NCBI GenBank assembly: GCA_038045185.1
Contig: JBBSYO010000022.1
Location: forward strand, 164 to 64,163
Direction of reading: 5' to 3'
DNA: 64,000 bases
Source: Nanobdellota archaeon
Lineage (GTDB): Archaea; Nanobdellota; Nanobdellia; Pacearchaeales; GW2011-AR1
The notes under the pieces were generated by a model. That model was not told where the DNA came from. It did no database searches and saw only the letters and a list, made by a program, of their open reading frames with translations. Positions within the stretch are counted from its first letter, which is position 1. The number at the start of each line of letters is the position of its first letter. Shown here one piece after another: positions 18,107 to 25,666 of the stretch. The translations under genes and the position numbers were made by a program.

Positions 18107-18715
18107 AGAAAATCGTTGAAATTTCCTACCGAACCGGAGCAAGCTCCGCGGTATAAAAAACTCCTTGAATTCATCTTGGCAGTTTTTTAGCCAGAGAACA
18201 AAAGACTAAAATCTACTCCGATTTAGATAAAGGATTTTGTTCTCTGTATTCGGAAATGTCAAGATGCCTGATGACTTGCATCTTGAGCACACAAGGTTTG
18301 CAACTTTAAGCAAATCTTGCTGTTTCTGATTCACGATTTTCTAATTAGAATCGTCAAGAACAAAGTTCTTGAGCGCCTCGAAAATCTTACGAGATTTTCG
18401 CAGTTTTACTCCACAGCAAGCTGCGGGGTATTCAACCCAAAAATTCTAATCAAAAAGTCCTTGAGTTTTACCACATGTCAAAAACCACTGGTTTTTGAGC
18501 ACTGCCAAGAATGCAACGCCAGGCATCCTTGAGGGTTGGATGTGTCAAAAACTTCTTTTTTGAGACCTCGCAAATATAGACATTCCAGTTGATTGTGCTG
18601 TATCGGTGTGGGAATGTATAGACAGAGATTCTTGAGCAATAAGTAGCTTAATCAGGGGGAATCTCTGTATCTTGGATTCGTAAAGTTTTAAAAAGCCCCA
18701 TCTTCTCGAGTTGAT
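18107..18715. repeat. 609-nt noncoding region packed with TCAAGA...TCTTGA-type hairpin palindromes (hairpin array A)
   Basis: At least 8 perfect stems of 8-11 bp, e.g. 18193-18245, 18259-18286, 18354-18372, 18379-18400; shares conserved blocks with 40651-41308. Confidence 0.6.
18686..18694 (+). promoter_or_regulatory. TATA box TTTTAAAAA for the GT2-alg14-alg13-methyltransferase operon
   Basis: 22-30 nt upstream of the ATG at 18716 (leaderless spacing); followed by AGCCCC, as seen at 43971. Confidence 0.45.
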
Positions 18716-19507
18716 ATGCGCGTTTCGATTATTATACCTGCGTATAACGAGGAGAGACGTATATTGCCAATGCTCAGGCGATACGGAGAGTATTTTGAAG
18801 ACCTGAGAAAGAAGCGGGAGCTGAACTATGAATTTCTCGTTGTAATTAACAATACGACCGACAATACTCTTTCTGTGGTGAAGAATGCGCAAAAAACCAA
18901 CCCGCGTATCCACTATCTCGACCTCAAACTAGGCGGAAAGGGGCTTGCCATTATTGCGGGATTCAAAGACGCGCTCAAGCGACCCAACGACCTAATCGGG
19001 TTTGCCGATGCCGACATGGCAACTCCCCCAGAGGCCTTTTACGACCTTGTGCGTTCTGTTAATCGGTGCGATGGGGTCATTGCAGCCAGATGGAGACGCG
19101 AGAGCGTTATTACAAGGCAGACATCATTATTCAGAGTCAAGAGCTTCATTTTCAACCTAATCGTGCGTTCGCTCTTCCTTTTTCCCTATAGGGACACACA
19201 ATGTGGGGCGAAACTATTTACGCGGCGCGCCATTGAACATGTGCATGATAAAATGAGCATTACGAAGTGGGCCTTTGATATTGACCTTTTATACAAATTA
19301 CGAAAACTTGGATTCGCAGTTATAGAAAGACCTACTATTTGGGAGAGTAAAGAAGATTCACGCATTCGGCTCGTTACCGCATCTGTAGAAATGTTTTTGG
19401 CTGTTATTCGCCTGCGGCTTGTTCATTCCCCAATGGCATTTATCGTGCGAACCTATGACGCTCTCCCGCAACAATTAAAAATGCACCACCGTATCTGGAT
19501 TCAATGA
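18716..19507 (+). CDS. GT2 glycosyltransferase, dolichyl-phosphate hexosyltransferase-like (DPM1/AglD-AglJ-like)
   Basis: 263 aa; IIIPAYNEE...DxD-type motif FADADMATPPE...QCGAKLF typical of Dol-P sugar synthases. Confidence 0.78.
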   Translation: MRVSIIIPAYNEERRILPMLRRYGEYFEDLRKKRELNYEFLVVINNTTDNTLSVVKNAQKTNPRIHYLDLKLGGKGLAIIAGFKDALKRPNDLIGFADADMATPPEAFYDLVRSVNRCDGVIAARWRRESVITRQTSLFRVKSFIFNLIVRSLFLFPYRDTQCGAKLFTRRAIEHVHDKMSITKWAFDIDLLYKLRKLGFAVIERPTIWESKEDSRIRLVTASVEMFLAVIRLRLVHSPMAFIVRTYDALPQQLKMHHRIWIQ

Positions 19508-19983
19508 CGATTGCATTAGTTTCTTCACAAGGCGGGCATTCTGGACAAATGCGTATTCTTTTTACACCTAGCGTCTTGGAAAATCATCGTGCCATTTTCA
19601 TAACAGAGTCCGAATCTGCGCCAATGACTGTTCGTGATAAAGGATTTCAGGGGAAGTATAAGACGTATTACCTTGAGAAGGATGTTCTTTTACAACTCAA
19701 TCCTGTAGCTTACATAAAGAGCGTGATGGATTTGTACAATGTCTTCAAGCGCGAGAAAGTTCATCTTGTAATTACGAATGGTGCCCAGATTTCTATAACC
19801 GCAGGTATTGCCGCGCGTATTCTTGGCATACCCCTTGTTTTTATTGACACTGTTGTGCGCGTTAAGACTCCTGACTGGTCTGCTCGCGTCTGCTATTTTC
19901 TCTCTGACGTTTTTATAGTGCAGCATGCCTCAATGGCTCGCAGATATGGTCGTCGTGCGATTTATCGCGGAGAGATTCTATGA
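19504..19983 (+). CDS. Alg14-like UDP-GlcNAc transferase membrane-anchoring subunit
   Basis: 159 aa; SQGGHSGQM motif (compare the Alg14 GGHTxEM motif); ATGA-coupled to the Alg13-like gene. Confidence 0.72.
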   Translation: MTIALVSSQGGHSGQMRILFTPSVLENHRAIFITESESAPMTVRDKGFQGKYKTYYLEKDVLLQLNPVAYIKSVMDLYNVFKREKVHLVITNGAQISITAGIAARILGIPLVFIDTVVRVKTPDWSARVCYFLSDVFIVQHASMARRYGRRAIYRGEIL

Positions 19984-20456
19984 TTTTTGTCACTGTGGGC
20001 ACTCACCCTGGTGGATTTGACCGTCTTATACGCCACATGGACAAGATTGCAGGATTATTGAAAGAGAAAGTTATTATTCAGAGGGGATTCAATAAATACA
20101 CTCCGCAGAATGCGGAGTACTTCGATTTTGCAGATAACCTTGAACCGTACTTTTCCAAGGCGCGCATCGTCATCAGCCATTCTGCCACCTCGCTCGTTGA
20201 ATTTGTTCTAACCCAAAAGAAACCAATCATCGCAGTACCTAGGCGTGCAGATTTCGGTGAGCATATTAATGACCATCAAGTCGAATTCGCACGTTATCTC
20301 GAGCATAAACTTGGCATTAAGGCAGTAATGAATATACATGAGATTACTTCTGCGTTGTTGATTGGATACAATACTCTACCGCGCGTTGATCGCAGCGGAA
20401 TGAAACGTTTGCAAAATTTTTTAAAAAATATTATTTCGACTTATGAACCCAATTGA
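19980..20456 (+). CDS. Alg13-like UDP-GlcNAc transferase catalytic subunit (GT28 C-terminal domain)
   Basis: 158 aa; MIFVTVGTHPGGFDRL start typical of Alg13/MurG C-terminal domain proteins. Confidence 0.72.
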   Translation: MIFVTVGTHPGGFDRLIRHMDKIAGLLKEKVIIQRGFNKYTPQNAEYFDFADNLEPYFSKARIVISHSATSLVEFVLTQKKPIIAVPRRADFGEHINDHQVEFARYLEHKLGIKAVMNIHEITSALLIGYNTLPRVDRSGMKRLQNFLKNIISTYEPN

Positions 20457-21102
20457 ACCGTTTGCTTTCACGCGCATAGATTATGTTATCAACCTTATAG
20501 CACCACACAAAAAACAGAGAATATTGCACATTGGAGTTTCCAATATACCTGACATTGAAAAGCTAGTTGAAAATACTGTTGCTGAGTCAGTGACAGTTGA
20601 TATCGATAAGGAGAAGATAGAAAAGGCAAGGTCGCATGTTACAAAGGCGCGTATTCTTGAAGACGACATTATGCGCCCGGCAAAGCTAAAGAAGGGGCAT
20701 TTCGACGTGGTTGTCATGCTTGAAGTTCTTGAACATTTGAAAGATGATGTTGGTGCGCTTAACACGATACATCGCCTTCTGAAAAAGGGAGGCCATCTTA
20801 TCATATCTGTGCCAAACAAGGACTTGCGCCATGTGATAAACCCAGTTAAATATTTTGAACATGAAAGACACTATTCAAATGAAGATATTATCGAAAAGCT
20901 GCGCGGCGCTGGATTTGGTATCGAGCATTTTAACGTAGTGGAATCATTCAGTTTGCTGGCTAATCTCTACCTGCATATCATCATGAAATTTCTATTAAGG
21001 AAGAACGTTCCGTTCAATTTCTTTGACCGGCATCATAACAAGACGTATGCACAATATAATCGGCATGGTCTTGACATTATTTTGAAGGCGCGTAAAATTT
21101 AG
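20443..21102 (+). CDS. class I SAM-dependent methyltransferase
   Basis: 219 aa; LHIGVS... motif I region, VVMLEVLEHL and KKGGHLIISVP motifs. Confidence 0.7.
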   Translation: MNPIEPFAFTRIDYVINLIAPHKKQRILHIGVSNIPDIEKLVENTVAESVTVDIDKEKIEKARSHVTKARILEDDIMRPAKLKKGHFDVVVMLEVLEHLKDDVGALNTIHRLLKKGGHLIISVPNKDLRHVINPVKYFEHERHYSNEDIIEKLRGAGFGIEHFNVVESFSLLANLYLHIIMKFLLRKNVPFNFFDRHHNKTYAQYNRHGLDIILKARKI

Positions 21103-22103
21103 CGTTTACTAACGTACCCGATATAGTTTCTAATGAAGAATAGAGTTATAATCCCATATTCGAGAGTTATGAAAAATGTGTAAAGCGGATGAAGCAACCA
21201 GAATAATTTTCTTTTCTTGCTGAATTGTTTAATCGCAGTTATAAACGGAACAAGCAGGCTAAGGTTTGAAGCAACGCGCAACCAAAATCGTATCTTGCTT
21301 CTCAAATCATTCCCGGCCCAGTTATACTTCTTCCAGGAATAATCGTTCCTGATGAAGCGGCAATAATATTTTCCTTTCTTTATCATAAATGATGACAGAC
21401 TGTTTGAGGTTTTGTGATATAACCTTGATTTCTGAGGGATGGCGACTTTCATTCCGCAATCTGCCATGTCCTTAAAGACATCGACATCTCTAGTGTAACC
21501 TCCGATTATCCCGAAAACTTCCTTTCTGAAAAGGCATCCGTTAGCTCCTCCAAAGAGGACATGTTTTGGATTTAGCGTGTGGACATAGTATCCGTTTACG
21601 GACTCGAATTGCTCTGGACGCAAAACTGCTTGCGATACCAGAGAGTAGTCTACGGCGAAGGGGTCTTCCACTCCAAGCGCGTTCACGTACTTCAAAAATG
21701 GAGGATCTCCAGGCAGATACATAAGAAATGATTGCGAAGCCATTATTTGGTTGTCTTCTCCCATTGGCCGCATCATTTCAGCCAGCCAGTCATTATGGAG
21801 AAGGATATTGTCATGATCTAAAAAAACTATATATTCGCCTCTTGCGGAAGAAACACCCTGATCTTTCCCGTTACCTTTTCCTTCGGATAGAGTGAAGGGG
21901 TTGTGCATGAGCTTTATCTGTGCGTTTTCTTTCTGGAGCACCCTTACAGCGGAGAGAGTTCCGTCATTTGAACCCCCATCAATGACAATAATTTCATAGT
22001 TACCCGATGGGTAATCTTGAGAGAGTATCGATGCAAGGCATTCTTTAATGGTCGAGATTCCATTAAGTACGGCTATCACGAAACTGACTTTTATTTTGTT
22101 CAT
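21099..22103 (-). CDS. GT2 family glycosyltransferase
   Basis: 334 aa; SFVIAVLNG...IIVIDGGSNDGT...FLDHDN (DxD) motifs. Confidence 0.75.
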   Translation of the reverse strand: MNKIKVSFVIAVLNGISTIKECLASILSQDYPSGNYEIIVIDGGSNDGTLSAVRVLQKENAQIKLMHNPFTLSEGKGNGKDQGVSSARGEYIVFLDHDNILLHNDWLAEMMRPMGEDNQIMASQSFLMYLPGDPPFLKYVNALGVEDPFAVDYSLVSQAVLRPEQFESVNGYYVHTLNPKHVLFGGANGCLFRKEVFGIIGGYTRDVDVFKDMADCGMKVAIPQKSRLYHKTSNSLSSFMIKKGKYYCRFIRNDYSWKKYNWAGNDLRSKIRFWLRVASNLSLLVPFITAIKQFSKKRKLFWLLHPLYTFFITLEYGIITLFFIRNYIGYVSKR

Positions 22104-23953
22104 TAGATTTTTATCTTGCGCGGATTTTGTCCGTCTATGTATTCCTTATACCATAGTTCTAGGTTCAACAGTACCCAGAGACGATGATCGTTTCTAAATG
22201 CGCCGGTATTTTTCATTATTTTGTCAATCTCGGTTCCTTTAATGATATGACGCGACTTCAAATCTTCGATGTGCGGCTTAATTCTCTGGACAAATTCTTT
22301 CCGTTGCATCCAACTGGACAAGGGCAGAGTGAAACCTTTCTTTGACCTGCGGAGGATAGTCTTGGGCAAAAGATCCTTAACAACCTCTCTAAAAAGTCTC
22401 CGATTATACTTATATTCTAGACCAATCTTCGAATAATACTCTACTAGCTTGACGTCGAGAAAGGGGGCGCGCACCTCTAATCCGTGAGCCATGCTCGTTT
22501 TATCTACTTTCATGAGCAAATCGTTGGGCAACCACTCTTTGAAATAAAACTGAATTACCTGGTTTTCTATATTTTTTTCTGAATTTATCAGCGAGTCAAC
22601 GGCGGTTGCGGGATTAATCTTTTTTACAACTCCTGCAACAAAAAGATTTCTTTTATCAGCTCTATTAAACGGAAAATAAAATAATCGCTTGGTATTTTCT
22701 ACTAAATCTTTTGGATGCGCTGCTATTTCCGCAGCTAGATTTGACATTTGTTTGTAAGGATATCGTAAGATGGCTGAGCTTGCAGATAGTGCAGGAGAAA
22801 CAACTCCCTTTGATAAAAATGAGGGCGTCCGGGCTATCCTTCTCAATGCAGGGATTTTGTTAAAGGAGTCGTAGCCTCCGAAGACCTCATCTCCTCCTTC
22901 TCCAGAGAGCGCAACCTTAACCTTCTTCGAAACTTCCTTGCATAAAAGATAGGTGGGTAGCGAGGCGGGATCTGCCAATGGCTCGTCGAGATGCCATACA
23001 ACCTGAGGTAGAATGCCTAAGATGTCTCGGTCTAGCATGATGCTTGTATGATTTGTATTGTAGGCTCGTGCGACTTTCTCCGCGTAGGGAGATTCGTCTG
23101 AGCCGTCGCTGAAACCTACTGAAAATGTTTGGATATTATCTGTGAAACGAGACATGTAAGATACTATTGTGCTTGAGTCTAAACCGCCAGAAAGAAAGAC
23201 TCCGATTGGGACATCTGCAAGTAACCTTTTTTTGACTGAATCTGCTATCAAGGAATCTACTTCTTTTCTTGAAGGTTTTTGAGTTTCTGATAATACTGGC
23301 AACTTCCAATAAGAGTGCCTTTTTATCCTTCCTTGAGAGAATAAAATTGCGGTTCCAGGTTCGAGCTTTCGCACAGCAGAAAAGATAGTTGTGTTTCCTG
23401 AAGAGAAACGAAGGGTGAGAAAATTAGAGATGGATTGCATATCTATTCCCCTATCAAGTTCTGTATCTTCAAGCAATGCTTTTATTTCGGAAGCAAATGC
23501 AATTCCATTTTCGTTCTTGTAATAGTATAGCGGTTTTTTTCCTAATCTGTCGCGCGCAAGCACTAACTCCTTTTTGCGCCTGTCCCATAGTGCAAAGGTG
23601 AACATGCCATCCAAATGCTGTAAAACTTTAACCCCGTACTCTTGATAACCATGAAGAATTGCTTCTGTGTCTGAATTGCTACTGAATCTGTACCTGAGTT
23701 TTATTAGCTGCTCCTTAAGTTGGGGATAGTTGTAGATCTCTCCGTTGAATATAATGACATAGTTATCGTCTTCAGTAAACATTGGTTGGTGACCTTTCTC
23801 TGATAAGTCGAGAATACTCAACCTCCTATGCCCAAGAGATATGTCTTTATCTATATAGAAACCTTCGTCGTCTGGACCGCGATGCTGAATGGCTCGCGTC
23901 ATCTTTCTTATAAGGGATTTATCTTCCCAGGTGAAACCTGCTATTCCGCACAT
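22103..23953 (-). CDS. asnB: asparagine synthase (glutamine-hydrolysing)-like amidotransferase
   Basis: 616 aa; N-terminal MCGIAGF Ntn nucleophile and PP-loop SGGLDSS. Confidence 0.9.
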   Translation of the reverse strand: MCGIAGFTWEDKSLIRKMTRAIQHRGPDDEGFYIDKDISLGHRRLSILDLSEKGHQPMFTEDDNYVIIFNGEIYNYPQLKEQLIKLRYRFSSNSDTEAILHGYQEYGVKVLQHLDGMFTFALWDRRKKELVLARDRLGKKPLYYYKNENGIAFASEIKALLEDTELDRGIDMQSISNFLTLRFSSGNTTIFSAVRKLEPGTAILFSQGRIKRHSYWKLPVLSETQKPSRKEVDSLIADSVKKRLLADVPIGVFLSGGLDSSTIVSYMSRFTDNIQTFSVGFSDGSDESPYAEKVARAYNTNHTSIMLDRDILGILPQVVWHLDEPLADPASLPTYLLCKEVSKKVKVALSGEGGDEVFGGYDSFNKIPALRRIARTPSFLSKGVVSPALSASSAILRYPYKQMSNLAAEIAAHPKDLVENTKRLFYFPFNRADKRNLFVAGVVKKINPATAVDSLINSEKNIENQVIQFYFKEWLPNDLLMKVDKTSMAHGLEVRAPFLDVKLVEYYSKIGLEYKYNRRLFREVVKDLLPKTILRRSKKGFTLPLSSWMQRKEFVQRIKPHIEDLKSRHIIKGTEIDKIMKNTGAFRNDHRLWVLLNLELWYKEYIDGQNPRKIKI

Positions 23954-23975
23954 AAAGAGATTATTTAAGAACGCT

Positions 23976-25580
23976 TTATAAATTGTCTGAAAGATAAGTT
24001 ATTTTATAAATGAAGATGCCGTTAAGCGAGTCTTGTGGATAGATATAGTCGAATTGGTATTTCTTATCGAGTACAGTGCGCGGTTTAAGATCCAGGCTTT
24101 TGAGCGTGCCCTGGGGTGCAATGCTAATTGAAGAGTTGAAGAAGGGCATTACTATCTCCATACTCCCGTCAGAATATCTTCTTTGAGTGATAAGCCAGTC
24201 TGGATGATTGGGCTCGATGATAGATAACATGATGTAGGCAGGTTTCTTTTCGTCTAAAAGTTTAGTAAAGTTTTCTGGAGATAAACGAGCATAAGTGAAA
24301 ACCAATCTCTCGGAGTAGGTTACGGTTTGGGTGTAAGAAACGCTGAGAATACTGTCTTGCGGGTTTGAGTTATCTTTTATCCAGAGAGATGCTTCTTTAA
24401 TAGGAAGATAAGAAGACTTCTTTATCTCGACGAGAGAGTTTGTATGTTGTATTTGGTAATAGATAAAAATAGATAAGAGGATTATAATCAGTATGGCTGC
24501 GATTTTTTTGTTATGGGGCGAGATTTTTTCAGAGAAGAAGGTTAGTCCAGTGGCAGAAAAGTACATGACGAACGGAATCATGAGAAAAACCCATCGGTCC
24601 TCTATTGTTCCTCTAATGTAGAAGATATAGAACAGACTAAGCGTGAGCAAGATTATTAAAGAGAACACATTTGCGTCAAGCCTTTTCTCCTTATTTTGAA
24701 GTAGGATATCAAATGAAATCGCGAGATTGAACAACGCAACGCAAATCCCTGATATAAACAGGACAAAAAATATGCCTTTGGGAAATTGGTAAAAGTAGTT
24801 TAAGACCATCCAGCCCAAATCCCAGCCTTGCCCTATGCCTGTTCCTCCTATATACGATGGAGCGAATGCGGCAGGATTGCCGAATAACGCGTATTGCCAT
24901 ATGGCAAATGGCACCAGAGTTATAATGAAGGCAAGAAGAGCAATCCAATATCTCTTATGTTTTATGAAAGATAATCCGTCTTTGAACAATATGAATAAAA
25001 ACAGTGAGAGTGGGACTAATAATGCGGAAATTTTGAAGTAGAAACCAAGTGCTGCAAAAACTCCCCCATAGATGGCGTGCGATTTTTTATTGTCCTTAAA
25101 GAGCTTCCAGAAAAATAGAAGAGATAACAGTTGGAAGCTCAATGATAGATAGTCTGGCTGAAATCTTGCGCTCCAGAACAATAGAGACCATATGAAAGAA
25201 GAAGCGAATGCAGCAATAAGTGCGATTTTTTTAGTGAAGAGTTCCTTACCTAGGAGGTATATGCAGACGATTACAAAAGTTGAAGGGACCAAAACAAGCA
25301 AAAATTTCAGAGCACCTTCCGCAAGCCCTATCTTTAATAAGGGAACTGCTAGAAGTTGAAATAATGGGGGTCGTTGCGGATTAAGATTATACGGCACGCC
25401 AAACGCCCAGTGTTTTGCCGTTGACATATATTCGGCTTCATCCCACCAAAGCGGTTGATTATAAGCTTGGATGAAAAAATAGAGGCGCAACAGAAATGCG
25501 GTAACTATGAGCAGAACAAATCCAATATTGTATTTGTCCTTCAGCCAAATTTTGATTGCGTCTTGTGGTCGTACAGCCAT
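23976..25580 (-). CDS. GT-C fold membrane glycosyltransferase (ArnT/PMT-like, GT39/83)
   Basis: 534 aa; about 11 N-terminal TM helices plus a C-terminal soluble domain; N-terminal YFFIQAYNQPLWWDEAEY loop typical of the GT-C family. Confidence 0.65.
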   Translation of the reverse strand: MAVRPQDAIKIWLKDKYNIGFVLLIVTAFLLRLYFFIQAYNQPLWWDEAEYMSTAKHWAFGVPYNLNPQRPPLFQLLAVPLLKIGLAEGALKFLLVLVPSTFVIVCIYLLGKELFTKKIALIAAFASSFIWSLLFWSARFQPDYLSLSFQLLSLLFFWKLFKDNKKSHAIYGGVFAALGFYFKISALLVPLSLFLFILFKDGLSFIKHKRYWIALLAFIITLVPFAIWQYALFGNPAAFAPSYIGGTGIGQGWDLGWMVLNYFYQFPKGIFFVLFISGICVALFNLAISFDILLQNKEKRLDANVFSLIILLTLSLFYIFYIRGTIEDRWVFLMIPFVMYFSATGLTFFSEKISPHNKKIAAILIIILLSIFIYYQIQHTNSLVEIKKSSYLPIKEASLWIKDNSNPQDSILSVSYTQTVTYSERLVFTYARLSPENFTKLLDEKKPAYIMLSIIEPNHPDWLITQRRYSDGSMEIVMPFFNSSISIAPQGTLKSLDLKPRTVLDKKYQFDYIYPQDSLNGIFIYKITYLSDNL

Positions 25581-25666
25581 ACCCCCCCCACTTAGAGAAG
25601 CTATTTATACCTTATCGATTTTCTATAAGAACAGCGAGATAGGTTTTTTTATCGGTGTTAACACAA

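Noticed and set aside
18107-18715. Possibility that the hairpin arrays are CRISPR arrays
   Set aside because: There is no regularly spaced identical direct repeat with unique spacers. The repeats are inverted palindromes of varying sequence and spacing, and there are no cas genes in the window.
18317-18913. ORFs of 71 aa (+) and 122 aa (-) inside hairpin array A
   Set aside because: They lie across the palindromic repeats, have low-complexity and odd composition, and no start context. The region is better explained as noncoding structured DNA or RNA.
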